Below, piece by piece: positions 12,574-26,077 of a stretch of 64,000 nt of DNA; position 1 is the stretch's first letter, and each line of letters begins with the position of its first letter. The notes under the pieces were generated by a model. The model did not search any database, was not told where the DNA came from, and was given only the letters and a program-made list of their open reading frames with translations. A program made the translations under genes and the position numbers. The stretch comes from Azolla caroliniana (lineage: Eukaryota > Plantae > Polypodiophyta): contig JBHGNT010000021.1 in the NCBI GenBank assembly GCA_043228905.1, positions 4,340,001 to 4,404,000 of the forward strand, given 5' to 3'.

Positions 12574-13289
12574 GAAATCTAGTGTAAATGTTACCTTTGG
12601 GTTCTACTTCTTTAGTGCTATCTTTCGATCATCATTCTCTACCTTCTATACCCACTAAGAGCCAATTTCCTCAATGTCGATTTTCCATATAAATTAACGA
12701 AGATATGCAAGTTCTTTATGTAAAAATTATCTATTTAATTGAAATATCTAATATATCATTTATTTAATTAAAGCAAACATATATCTTAATTAGTGTAGTG
12801 ATTAGGTGTCCCTAAACATAATGCATTGACACTCCTAGCTCCACCAAGATAGATTCCATCAAGGGTGCTAGATGTGAGGGTTGCTTCCAACTTTGGGAGG
12901 CGTTGATAGGGGTGGGTGATGGGCGGTATATAGTGGCTATGGGAGCATAAATTTGTGAGGTGGTGTGACATCAGGTAAGGTGGCTTGAAGGATGTGGGAG
13001 AGGAGGAGAGGATTGACGAGGATTATATGGATGGAGAGATTATTTGAAGTAGACGAATTCTTCACATGGGTCACAAGTATGTTTGGAGGCATCATTGCAT
13101 CAAAAGATGACGCATAGTGACACAAATGAGCTAGGTGTGCATCATGGATTGGAAAGAGAGAATTGGTGGCATTATGATGAAAGTGAAGTAGGAGTGCACA
13201 ACAATAGGGCAACCATTTGGGGCTTGGTAGGGCCTTGATTGAGGTTGAAAGCAAGGACCCAGGTTGAGTGCTTGAATCAATGGAAACAT

Positions 13290-13853
13290 TGTCGTGTTGT
13301 CACGCGTGCGTGTAGGAAACTAAGGCAGGACCGCGGGGGCCCTGGACCGAGGAGTGTGCGAAGATAGAAGGAAAAGAGGAAGGAAAGAGAAAGAACGGCA
13401 GACACCAGGTACCAACAAGCACAACACTTGCCAGTTCAGACAAGGACTCGACAACACGCCAAAGATAGACAGAGATTACACTTAGGAAGAGTCGATTACA
13501 ACCAAACATAGGCTACAACATGGATTGATACAAGAAAAACAAAGGTCGGTGCTCGGTTCCCAGTCCGACAACACTTCCTCCTCCCCAAAACGCCATCCCC
13601 CCTCAGTCTTTCCTCCCCCTCCTTTATAGGCCGCTCCGGGTGAACCGTTACATCCTAGTTACATCACCTTTATTCTCTATCCCTTCGGACAGAGATACAC
13701 CTTGATTTGCTAACCTATTAATATGTTTATACTTACATCACGCCGACCTATTCTTAAATAAGTTACATTAACTTAAATTGGTGCGTATCAGTGTAAAACC
13801 CGTTCATGCGTTAGGACTTCCAATTCCTCCTATGGCCAGTTTTCTCCACAACA
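13290..13853 (-). repeat. 3' LTR of copy B
   Basis: About 94% identical to 32143-32706 by manual count; PPT (TTCACCCCCACCAAACC on +) is adjacent. Confidence 0.95.
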
Positions 13854-13928
13854 TTCACCCCCACCAAACCACGCATCCACCAGCATGCGCCGAAAAGAGA
13901 CAGATACCGGGAGAAAACGGGCCCGTGG

Positions 13929-16005
13929 TCAACCGTCGCTCTCCGAATCATCGTCCGCTCTCTTCGGGACAAGCTCATTTTCGTGCCGCTTCTTGAACGC
14001 CTTGATTCTCTTCCCCCCCACTGGTACCACTATCCGCGTTCTGTCGAGCTCCGCGAGATGGTAGGTGCCGTTGTTGTTCGCGCCCGTTACAGCGTAGGGG
14101 CAAACCACCTCCTCGTGAACTTACACATTGCCTTGTGCTGATTGTCGCGGTTGTTGTCGTAAACCAGCACCCAGTCGCCTTCCTCGATCTTCTTCGCTCC
14201 TAGCCGGTGCGTCCCGTCAAATCGGCCTTTATTCTTCACCCTTGCTGCGTGTAGCTTCACCTTCGCCCGGTCCACGTCCTCCAGTCTTCACTCGAGCTAG
14301 CGAATCCGTGCCGCCAACAACTCTTCTTGGCTCATCTCGTCTCTCCAGTCCACTACTGCCCATGAGGAAATCGTCCGCTCCATCGGCATGATCGGCTTTT
14401 GCCCGTACATCAGCTCTGTCTGCATGAACACGGTTATCGAATTGTGCATAGTTCGGTGCACCCATAACGCGTAAGGTAGGAGTCGCGGCCAGTTACTGAC
14501 TTATCCTTCGCACGCTCGTACTAACGCCTTCACGATTGGCCCGTGTCCTCGCTCCACCTTCCCGTTCAGCTTCGGATTGTACGTTGTAATGAGAGAGAGC
14601 TTAACTGGCCAAACAACTCCTCGGCTTCTTGCACGTCCAACTCTCCCTGGTCACCCACGATCTTCCCTATGCACCCGTATTGGCATATCACCTCCTCAAT
14701 CAGGAATTGAAAGACGACCGCAATCGTCTTGTTCTGCAACGCACGACCCTCCACTTGGTTCGTCAGGTCCTCTCGTGCAAGCTCCAGGCACCACATCTGC
14801 CCTACCCCCATCGGCATCATCACTAAGTCCACCATCCATTTGAAATGGACAGTTGGTGGGTATGTCGGGTGAAGCTCGTCTCGGTGCCGGATCACGGAAT
14901 GCACTTGGCAGCTTTCACAGGTCGTCACGAATTGGTGCACGTCTTGGTACATTCCCAGCCACCAATACTTCTCCTTCAGCTTCTCGAATGTAGCCCACGT
15001 TCCACGGTGTCTGGCCCAAGGGCACTCGTGATACGCCAATATCAATGCCTTCTGTTCCTCTACTCTTGCCGCTATCCGGAGTAGAACACCGTTTCGCTTC
15101 TTCGGATGCCTCCATAAGCTCCCGTCCCGCAGGAAGAACCGGAACAAATTCTTCCGGATCCAGTTTGCCTCGTCCCTCGTCCATGTTGTGTCTGGTGTCA
15201 ACGTCCTCAAGTACCTACCGATCTGGAGCCACTCCTCATCGTACTCACCTTCATTGAATTCGTTAAGTGTCGGTGTGCTCCCTTCTCTTGCCGCTATACG
15301 TGCCGACTCGAAGAAGTCTACGCCGACTTCTTTGTCTTCAGAAACCATGCCATCTTTGTCATCGAATTGTGCTTTGGAAAGCATGTCGGCCATGACGTTG
15401 TCCTTCCCGGAGATGTGTCGTATCTCCGGATTCAGGGACTTAATGTACGCGATCCACCTTAGCATTGCCAGGTCGGGCGTCACGCATCCAGAAACCATAT
15501 CAAGGATTGGTAAGCAGCCCGTCTCGATTATTACCTCCGTCTCGATAAGATAGTCTTTGTCGGCCTTAACTACCGAAACGATACCCCAGAGTTCGCGCTT
15601 AACTTGGGCGTACCCCCGCTACTGCTCGCTTAGTCCCTTCGCTCCGAACCGGATGGGGACCCTCGTGCCATTTCTGTCCTCCTGATTGATTAGTCATCCG
15701 ATCCCGGTCGAACTCGTATCCACGGTCACATATATCGGAACCTCCCTTCCGTAAATCGCTTTCCGAAGTGCCAATGCCATGGTTAGCGCTTCCTTCAACC
15801 TCTGGACCGACTTCGTATGCTCCTTGTTCCAATCGAACTTACGCCCCTTCTTCAACAACGTGGGCGTAATGTGGAATCCAGATGTGATAGAATGCACACG
15901 TGCCCAAAAACCTTTGGACCTCCGTAACCGACTTGCATTCTTCCTTTATTGCGGAGATGGCTTCCACCTCCTCGAAAGCAGATTTCTCTCCAGAGAAGGT
16001 GAGCC
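13929..16005 (-). pseudogene. copy B pol 3' part (RT end, RNase H, integrase)
   Basis: ORFs 14087-14275, 14566-15498 and 15694-15897 are homologous to pol of copy A. Confidence 0.88.
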
Positions 16006-16009
16006 ATGA

Positions 16010-16656
16010 TGTCGTGTTATTCTGCACGCGCAGGAGAAACCAAGGCAGGATCGCGGGGCCCTGAACCGGGGAATAACCGAACGGAGGGAGGAGCGACATG
16101 AAACCACGGCCGAGCCACGCACACAAATACACAGAGAACTCACAACGAAGATCAAACAATGAGTAAGGCAAATATATATTTATGATCAAGATTACAACCG
16201 GCTAGCCGGTAAGCGTCAACGCGCTGACACCAACTCACACAACGCACATAGACAACGCGAGATGGAGCCTCTGCCGGAAGCACTCGGGCTTTCCACGAAG
16301 CAGAGGCAGCCTCCCAAAACCTGAAGAGAATGATGAAAGACAGATGAGAAGAGATCAGTCCTAGTTCGACAGCACTTCATCCTCCACAACGCGATCCCCA
16401 CTCAGTCCCTTTTCCTCTCCTTTTATAACCCAAGGAGAGAGAGACGTTATAGTCTGTTACATCACTTGTATTCTCTGTCCTTCCGGATAGAGATACTCCT
16501 CGATTCCCTACCTAATGAATACGCGCTACCTAGGATATTCACATCGCCGACCTGTACCTAACTATGTACAATACATCAAAACATGTGCCCGCGTGTAAGG
16601 GCTGGTTCACGCTCTCTATTCACCGATTCCTCCTAGGGACGGTTTTCTCCACGACA
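16010..16656 (-). repeat. 3' LTR of copy C
   Basis: TGTCG...CGACA termini, about 94% identical to 27298-27942, PPT adjacent. Confidence 0.95.
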
Positions 16657-16729
16657 TCCGCCCCCACCTAACCACGCATCCACCGGTATGCACCAGAATA
16701 GACCTTTGCCGGAGAAGACCGGCTCGCGT

Positions 16730-19700
16730 TTATCTTACGATCTCCGGATCGCCATCCACTCCGAACCGGTCGCCGTCGCTATCCATGTCCTGTGGGTCCG
16801 GTTCGTCCTCGTGCCCCTTCTGGAACGCCTTGATCCTCTTCCCGGCCACCGGCACAACTATTCTCATTCTGTCGAGCTCCGCAAGATGGTAGGTGTTGTT
16901 GTCGTTGGTGCTAGTCACCGCATAAGGCCCGAACCACCTCCTCGTAAATTTCTGCATCGCCTTGTGCTGGTTGTCGAGGTTGTTGTCGTAGACTAGAACC
17001 TAGTCGCCTTCCTCGATTTTCTTCGGTCGTAGTCGGTGAGTCCAGTCGAATCGCCGCTTGTTCTTTGTCCTTGCCACTTGCAGCTTCGTCGTTGCTCGTT
17101 CCACGTCCTCCGGTCTCCGCTCGAGTTGTCGGATTTGCACCGCTAACAGCTCCTCCCGACTCATCTCGTCTCTCTAGTCTACCGCGGCCCATGAGGAGAT
17201 CGTTCGCTCCATCGGTATGATCGGTTTCTACCCGTACATCAGCTCCGCCGGCATGAACCCAGTTACCGAACTGTGCGTAATTCCGTCCGCCCACAACGCG
17301 TAAGGTAGGAGCCGTGGCCAATTCCCGACTTGGCCTTCACATGCCCGTACCAACGCCTTTACGATTGGCCCGTGTCCACGTTCCACCTTCCCGTTTGCCT
17401 CCGGATTGTAAGCTGTGGTGAGCGAGAGTTTAACCCCTAACTGATCAAACAATTGTTGGGCCTCTTGTGCATCCAGTTCTCCACGGTCCACTACGAACTT
17501 CCCTACGCACCTGTACTGACATACCACCTCTTCGATCAGGAACCGGCACACGGCCGCGGTCGTCTTGTTCGATAACGCTCGGCCCTCCACCTGGTTCGTC
17601 AGGTACTCCCGTGCTAGCACCAGGTATCGCATCTGCCCTACCCCCATCGACATCCTCACCAGATCCACCATCCACTTGAAGTGGATGGTCGGCGAGTAAG
17701 TCGGGTGTAGCTCGTCCCGATGTCGAACTATGGAATGCATCTGACAGCTTTCGCAAGTCGTTACAAACCGATGCACGTCCCGGTATAGTCCCGACCACCA
17801 GTACTTCTCCTTCAGCTTCTCGAACGTGGCCCATGTCCCCCGATGTCCAGCCCAAGGACTCTCGTGGTATGCCGTCAGCAATGCTTCTGGCTCCTCCTTC
17901 CTCGCCACTACCTGGAGTGGGACGCAGTCTCGCTTCTTCGGGTGCTTCCATATGCTTCCATCCCGTAGGAAGAATCGGTATGCTTTCTTCCAGATCCGGT
18001 TAGCCTCTTCCTTTGTCCACGCTGCGTTCGACGTCATCGTTTTCAGGAACCCACCAATTTGGAGCAACTCCCCGTCGTACTTGCTCTCGTCGAACTCATT
18101 AAGCGTCGGAGTGCCCCCCTTTCTCATCGTCAGGTAAGACGTCTCGAAGAAGTCCACACTAACTTCCTCGTCCTCTAAAACCATGCCACCCTTGTCATCA
18201 AACCGCACTCTCGAAGGCATGTTGGCCATGGCATTGTCCTTCCCGGAGATGTGTTGTATCTTCGGATTCAGGGACTTAAAGTACGCTATCCACCTGAGCA
18301 ATTCCAGGTCCGGCGACGCGCATCCGAAAACCATACCGAGAATCGGTAGGCAGTCCATCTCTATTATTACCTCTGTCCCGATCAGGTAGTCTTTGTTGGC
18401 CTAGACCGCTGAAACAATACCCAAGAGTTCGCATTTAACTTGGGTGTATCCTCGTTGTCACTCACTAAGTACTTTCGCACCGAACCGAATGGGGAACCTC
18501 GTGCCGTTCTCATCCTCTTGGTTGATCACCCATCCGATTCCGGTTGGACTCATGTCTACTGTTACATAAATCGGAACATGTTTGCTGTAGACCACTTTCC
18601 AGGGTGCCGGTGCCGCGACAAGCGCTTCGTTCATTTTCCGGACCGACTCCGCATGTTCCCCGCTCCACTCGAACTTGCGCCGCTTCTTCAACAACCCGAA
18701 CTGCGGCTCCACGGTATGGGCGTAATGCGGGATCCAAATGTGGTAGAACACGCAAGCTCCCAAGAACCTCCGGACTTCTGTAACCGACCTGCAGTCTTCC
18801 TTCAATGCGGAGATAGCTTCCACCTTAGCCGGAGACGGTTTCCGGCCATAAGGCCCGCACAGGTGTCCGACGACCATGATTTCCGACTGTCCAAAAGCCG
18901 ATTTCTCCCCGGAGAAGGTGAGCCGCACGCCTTCCAGCTTCTGTAGCACCTTCTCGCAATCTCCAATGTGGTCCGAGACGAATTTCCGACACCCGTCCGA
19001 TCCGACCGTTTTGTCCTTATCCTCCACCAGACATCCCTTGATCGGAATGTCATCCAGAAACGGCATGGTGATGTCTGGGATGCAGTCCCTTAGCACCTTA
19101 TTCATCGCATTCACCATGTGCGCTACCGAGTTTGTCCCCCCTTGCAGAAGGGTACACATCCGCACTAGGTCGAGAGGAGCCTGCATTGTCGTAATATCCC
19201 TGCTCTCCAAGGCTAGTTGGAATTGGTCGTACCCCGAGTACAGATCCCCGACAGAGTAAATCAACCTTCCGGCGAACGCCTCCATGAACTCGTCAATGGT
19301 CGGTCCGATTCCTGCGTTCCGAATGGTCACCTTGTTGACCGGCTGCAGGTCCTGAGTAAAGCGCAACGTGTCGTTCTTCTTTGGCACCGTAAACCACCGA
19401 TTCGAGTACGGGGCACTCGACAGTTCGAGGATGCCCATCTCCACCTTCTGCTTCAGTAGCTCCATCAACTTCGGGATGTGAGCTATGGGCACCGGAATCA
19501 GCTTGAGATTCCACGACACATGCGGTACCGTGAAGATCACCATTGGTTCCACGATTGTCGGGTCTACACACCCGATCTCCCCGGGCGTGAATGCGAAGGC
19601 CCTTCTGTGCCTTTCGAGCAGTCCCCGAAACCGGTCCTCCTCCGCCGGCAGTAGAAAGCCACCCCCACCGACCTTGAGCTCCCGTAGCGTTATATCGGTG

Positions 19701-21214
19701 AATCAGTGTCCTATGCCGGCTGGATCTCGTAAACTTGGGTCCGACGTGACCCCTTTCATTCGTAACTCGCTGCCCTCCGGCAAGGGTGCCGTGACTGGCT
19801 TCACCCTCCAGTCCACAGTCTTGTACTTCGTATGCACATGGGTTGTCCGATCCAACTCGACCCTCTCCCCGAAGTCGGCGATGACTTCGTACATCATTTC
19901 CGAACTGACCAGAACCGTCTGATCTTCGCTGAGGCCTTCTTTGAACACCTTCTTTAATTCCCCCAAGGTGTCATCGAAAGAGACCGCCTCCACGGCTCCA
20001 CCAATCTCATCATCGGGGCCTAGGACTCCGCACACCTTGAGACGTCCCTCCGCCCGTTTCTTCTCCCGGCCGCTAATGCCGGTTATCGTACAGCCTCCGT
20101 TGTCAAAGAACCAAAATTTCCTACCTATAGTACAAGGTTTCCTTTTTATGGTACACTTGTGGGGTTTTTCCAGGGTGTCCAGACTACCACGGCCCCACGC
20201 CTTGATAGCCCTCTCTAAAAAGCCCCCCGGCTTTCGCCGCCGAGGATCTCGTGGTTCGGTCACACCGTCAGAAATTGGACGGAGTGTCGCCCATCTTGGC
20301 TCTTCACGCGTGCATACGCCAAACCGTTATCCAACACCTTCGTCTCCAACGCGCTGTTGTAATGTATGGTCCTTCGAGTATCACCGGGTGCGAGGATGTC
20401 TCCTGCACGAAGAAGTGCTGGTCAGTCTCAACATCATCGATTTTCACCCGTACATTTGGGCAGGCCCCGTGTAGCTCCTTTGTGGCGCGCGTCACCATTC
20501 GTATCTTCCACCCGTGCTTGGTGTTGATCGGCCACTTGCCCTTCTTGTAGAAGTCCATAGACATCAAGTTGATCTTTGAACCATGGTCTACCAATGCCAC
20601 CACCGGCTCCTGGATGTCTCCAATCCGAACCGGGGTCTCCATAGTGGCTCTTGCCCAATGCAACTTCAAATAGTGGCTTTCCGCCAACTCGTCTTCCAGG
20701 GCCATGTCTTCTAGGTGCGTTGTTCGCACCTCCACCTTCTTCTCCGACTCTAGCTCCGTCGAAAGCCTTTTTCACTTCACCAAGTCCACGATGGAGTCAT
20801 GGAATTCTTTCTTGGCGATCCCAAGCACCTCCGTCAGCGACAACTCCACCTTGCTGTGGAGGATTCGTTCTTCAAGGACCTTCCGTGGGTCCGTTGTTCT
20901 TTCTATCTCGGTGCTCAACCGGTAACCAGCTTTCTTTGTTTTATCCGGTGTGTCGGAAGTACTGGCGTCATTCTGCTTCGGCCCAAACCGAGTCTCGTAC
21001 TACTGCTAGGGTCCAGCCCCTCCGGCCTTCCCCGCACGCTTGTCTTCTACCACAACCTCGTAGTTCTGGCACACGGCTTCCACGAAGCCGATCTTTTCCT
21101 CGACCGGATCACTCCACCCGGTGACCTCCCGGACCCACCTTTCCGCGCGGTCCGCTTTCTCCTTCCTCAGCCGCACGCCGGCGAGGCCTTCTAGCACCAA
21201 CGACCAGAACCCAA
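16730..21214 (-). pseudogene. copy C gag 3' part, protease and pol
   Basis: ORFs 20304-20735 (VDHGSKINL), 19703-20263, 18458-19552 (RT, PFLDD), 17228-18358 (integrase) and 16730-16957. Confidence 0.9.
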
Positions 21215-21305
21215 TGTCGTGAAGAAAACCGGCCATAGGCGGAATCGGAAAAAAGGGCACATGGATCGGCTCTTACACGGATGGACGTGTGAATCGATAT
21301 TTTGA

Positions 21306-24300
21306 TACACGAAGCCGCATTGGGCTAGGGCAACCACTACACGAAGCCGCATTGAGCCAGGGCAACCACAGAAACCCCTGTACGGATCGGTAATGTTCCG
21401 GAACCGGTGGTGGCGTTGGTAGACCATGGATCCGAAATCAACTTGATGTCCATGGATTTCTACAAGAGGGGTAAATGGCCGATCAACACCAAGCATGGCT
21501 GGAAAATACGGGCAGCGATGCGCGCCACGGAAGAACTACATGGAGCCTGTCCGAACGTGCGGGTAAAATTCGGCAATGTCGAGATCGACCAGCACTTCTT
21601 CGTGCAAGAGACGTCCTCGCATCCGGTTATACTAGGAGAGCCATACATCATGGCGGCACGGATGGAGACCAAGGTGCTGGACAACGGTTTGGCCTATGCA
21701 AGAGTCAAGAGCCAGGACGGGCGTCACTCGGTCCAATTCCTGACAGTGTGACCAAACCATGAACGTAACCGTGAGGCCCTCGACGGCGAAACCCGAGGGG
21801 ATTTTTAGAGAGGGCTATCAAGGCGTGGGGCCGCGATAGTCCCGACACCCGGGAAGAACCCCACAAATGTACAGTACGGAAGAAGACTTGTACCATAGGT
21901 AGGGAATTTTGGTTCTCCAACAACGGAGGTTGTACTATGGCCGGCGTCAGCGACCAGTAAAGGAAGCGAGCGGAGGAGCGGCTCAGGACATGCGGAGTCC
22001 TCTCCCCCGACAAAGAGATCAGCGGCGTCGTGGAGGCGGTCTCTTTTGACGACACCTTGGGCGAGTTGCGAAAGGTGGTCGGTGAAGACCTTAGAGAAGA
22101 CCAGACCGTTCCGGTAGGTTCGATGGGAATGTATGAAGTCATCGCGGACTTCGGAGAGAGGATCGAATCGGATCGTACGGCCCACGTGGATACAAAGTAA
22201 AAGAATGTGGACCGGAAGCTGAGGCTGGTCGCGGCACCCTTGCTGGAGGGCAGCGAGGAGAGGATAAAAGGGGTCGCGTCAGACCTGAGTTTACGAAATC
22301 CGGCTAGCATAGGGCACCGGTTCACCGACATAACGCTACGGGAGCTCAAGGTTCGTGGGGGTGGCTTTCTACTGCCGGCGGAGGAGGACAGGTTTCAGAG
22401 AATGCTCAGAAGGCATGGGAAAGCCTTCGCGTTCTCGCCGGAGGAGATCGGGTGCGTGGACCCGATGATCGTCAAACCGATGGTGATCTTCACGGTACCG
22501 CAAGTACCGTGGAATCTCAAACCGATTCCGGTGCCGAGAGCTCACATCCTAAAGTTGATGGAGCTTCTTAAGCAGAAGGTGGAGATGGGCATCCTCGAAC
22601 CGTCGAGTGCCCCGTATTCGAATCGGTTGTATACGGTGCCGAAGAAGAACGGCACGCTACGTTTCATTCAGGACTTGCAACCGGTCAATAGGGTGACCAT
22701 CCGTAATGCAGGATTCAGACCGACCATAGACGAGTTCGCGGAGGCCTTCGCTGGAAGGTTGATCTATTCGGTCGGTGACTTATACTCGGGGTATGACCAG
22801 TTCCAACTAGCCGTGGAGAGTAGGGATATCACGACGATGCGAACTCCTCTCAGCCTGGTACGAATGTGTACCCTACCACAAGGAGGGACAAATTCGGTGG
22901 CGCATATGCTGAACGCAATGAACAAGGTGCTCAAGGACTGCATCCCGGACATCACCATGCCATTCTTGGACGACATCCCAATAAAGGGGTATCCGGTGGA
23001 AGATGAGGACGAGACTGTCGGGACAGACGGATGCCGGAGGTTCATCGTGAACCACATCAACGACTGCGAGAACGTGTTGCAGAGGCTCGAAAATGCACGA
23101 TTCACCTTCTCTGGAGAAAAATCAGCGTTCGGGCAGTCGGAGATCCTTATGGTCGGACACCTATGCGGGCCTTACGGTAGGAAACCGTCTCCGGCAAAGG
23201 TAGAAGCCATCTCCACGATGAGGAATAATTGTGGGTCGGTTACGGAGGTCCGCAGATTCTTGGGTGCATGCACGTTCTGCCACATCTGGATCCCGCAGTA
23301 CGCACATGTCGCGGAACCCCTCTACAGACTATTGAAAAAGGGGCATAGCTTTGAGTGGAGGACAGAGCACACAGGGTCGGTAGGGAGACTAAAGGAGGTG
23401 CTTACAATAGCACCGGCTCTCCGAAAAGCAGTTTACGGCAAGAATGTCCCCATTTGCGTGACGGTGGACATGAGCCCGACCGGGATCGGGTGGGTAATCA
23501 GTCAGGAGGACAAGGACGGCGTTCGATTCCCGATCCGGTTCGGGGCGAAGGTATTGAGCGAGCGGTAGCGAGGATACGCCCAAGTCAAGCGCAAGCTTTG
23601 GGGTATCGTTTCGGCGGTCAAGGCCGACAAGGACTATCTGATCGGGACGGAGGTGATCATCGAGATGGACTGCCTGTCGATACTCGGCATGGTTTCCGGA
23701 TGCGCGACGCCGGACCTAGCAATGCTCCGGTGGATAGCATACATTAAGTCCCTGAACTCGGAGATACGACACATCTTCAGAAAGGACAACACCATGGCCG
23801 ACATGCTTTCGAGAGCAAGGTTCAACGACGACGACGACATGGTTTCGGATGACGAAGAAGTCGGCGAGGACTTCTTCGGGTCGGCTAACGTAGGGACGAG
23901 GAAAAGGGACACTCCGGTGCTTAACGAATTTGAAGAAAGCAGGTACGACGGGGACTGGCTCCAAATCGGGAGGTTCCTACGGACGATGCTGCTGGACGCA
24001 GCATGGACGAGAGAGGAGGCGAGCCAGGTATGGAAGAAGGTGTACCGGTTCTTCCTGCGGGACGGGTGCATATGGAGGCACCCAAAGAAGAGAAACGGCA
24101 TCCCGCTCCGAGTAGTGACAAAGAAAGAAGAACAGGAGGAACTACTGGCGGCATTTCACGAGAGTCCCTGGGCCGGGCACCGCGAAATGTGGGCCATGTT
24201 CGAGAAGCTGAAGGAGAAGTACTGGTGGCCGGGGCTGTACCAGGACGTGCATCGGTTCGTAACGACTTGCGAAAGCTATCAGATGCACTCCACAGTCCGA

Positions 24301-25276
24301 CACTGGGACGACCTACACCCGACCTACCCGCCTACGGTCCATTTCAAGTGGATGGTGGACTTGGTGACGATGACGATGGGAGTAGGACAGATGCGATACC
24401 TGGTGCTTGCACGGGAAGACTTAACGAACCAGGTGGAAGGTCGTGCACTGCAGAACAAGAAAACCGCGGCGGTATGCTGGTTCCTGATCGAAGAGGTAGT
24501 GTGTCGGTACGGGTGCGTTGGGAGGATCGTGGCGGACCGGGGTTGTTGAGGAGTTGTTCGACCGGCTAGGCGTCAAACTCTCCCTCACTACGGCGTACAA
24601 TCCGGAGGCGAACGGAAAGCTAGAACGTGGGCACGGGCCGATCGTAAAGGTGTTGGTGCGTGCATGCGGAGGGCAGGTCGGGAATTGGTTGCAACTCCTT
24701 CCTTACGCACTATGGGCAGACCGAACTACGCACAGTTCGGTAACAAGGTTGATGCCAGCAGAGCTGATGTATGGACAGAAGCCGATCATGCCGGTGGAAC
24801 GGACGGTTTCTTCGTGGGCGGCGGTAGATTGGAAGGACGAGATGAGCCGGGAGGAGTTGCTGGCAGCGCGGATTCGGTAACTCGAGCGGAGGCCGGAGGA
24901 CATAAAAAGGGCGAAGGAAAAGCTGTGGGCGGCAAGGGAGCGGAATAAGACCCGGTTCAACCGGACACACTGGTTGCGACCGAAGAAGATCGAGGAAGGC
25001 GACTGGGTCTTGGTGTACGACAGCAGCCTCGACAATCAGCACAAGGCGGTGTGGAAGTTTGCTAGGAGGTGGTTCGGGCCCTACACGGTGACGAGCGCGA
25101 ACGACAACATCACGTACCACCTCACGGAACTCGACGGGACACGGTTAGCGGTGCCGGTATCCGGGAAGTGGATCAAAGTGTTCAAGAAGCGGTTTGAAGA
25201 CGAGCCGGAGCATGTGAGCGGGAGCAACAACGACGGTCAGTTCGGGCCCGGCGGAGAATCGGAGAGCGACGAGTGA
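21306..25276 (+). pseudogene. copy D protease and pol
   Basis: ORFs 21407-21751 (VDHGSEINL), 22207-23568 (RT/RNase H), 23653-24549, 24518-24880 and 24974-25276. Confidence 0.9.
21799..21864 (+). promoter_or_regulatory. putative -1 ribosomal frameshift signal (slippery heptamer plus pseudoknot) between gag-PR and pol
   Basis: GGATTTT-TAG is followed by stem GGGCTATC/GATAGTCC, with loop GTGGGG complementary to downstream CCCCAC. Conserved in copies B and C. Confidence 0.75.
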
Positions 25277-25345
25277 AGCCGGTTTTCTTCGGTAACTAGC
25301 CGTCTTTGGCGCATGGTGGTGGATGCGCGGTTTGGTGGGGGTGGA

Positions 25346-25925
25346 TGTCGTGAAGAAAATTGGCCATAGGTGGAATCGGCGAAAAGGGCGCATGGACCGG
25401 CTCTTACACGGATGGACGCGTGAATTGATATTTTGATATTTTGTACATGATTCATAAATGGATCGGTTGATGTAAATACTAAGTAGTACATAATTATTAG
25501 GGGGATTGTGCGTATCTTTGTCAGAGGGGACAGGGAATAAAGCGATTTGACTAGGGGAAAAGGGGCACCCCCTTTTGGGAACTACTTAAGGAGAGGAGAG
25601 AAGGAAGAGTGGGGATCGCGCGTTAAGGAGGACGAAGTGCTACAGGACCGAGGGCTGAACTCTCTCTCCTCCTCCGACCGTCATTCCCTGTGGGTGCTTG
25701 GGAGCTCGACGCCTCTACTTCGTGGGTAGCCCGTGCACTACCAGCAAAGGCCTTTCCTTCTGCATTTCTTTGGGTTCAGTGTTTTCCGCTTGTGTGCGTG
25801 AGTAGGGTCCCCGTGCCGGGCTCATCGCCGCCTTGACGGTTGTAACCGTCGAAGTTTGTAATCTCTTGTCATTGTAATTAAGTGTTCCGTTCTATATCTC
25901 TCCTTCTCGCTGCTGCGTGTCTGTG

Positions 25926-25962
<37 letters not shown>

Positions 25963-26077
25963 CTCTCTCTCTCTCTCAATCTCTCTCTCTCTCTCAATCT
26001 CTCTCTCAATCTCGCTCGTCAGTCCAAGACCCCAGTGGTCCCGCCCCTTCTACACGCATGCGCGTAACAACGCGACA
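25346..26077 (+). repeat. 3' LTR of copy D (732 bp)
   Basis: PPT then TGTCG...CGACA; contains (CT)n/CAAT microsatellite at 25927-26012. Confidence 0.92.

Larger units (their letters stand above)
21215..26077 (+). mobile_element. gypsy-type copy D nested antisense in the gag of copy C; most of its 5' LTR, PBS and gag are deleted
   Basis: Starts with about 92 bp of LTR (TGTCGTGAAG), jumps to the pre-protease region, and ends with a full 3' LTR. TSD is CCAA/CCGA. Confidence 0.93.

Noticed and set aside
12590-13289. Possible host gene interrupted by copy B (ORF 12937-13254, continuing after 32706)
   Set aside because: Multiple stops and no recognisable domain; probably an old TE remnant that I cannot classify.
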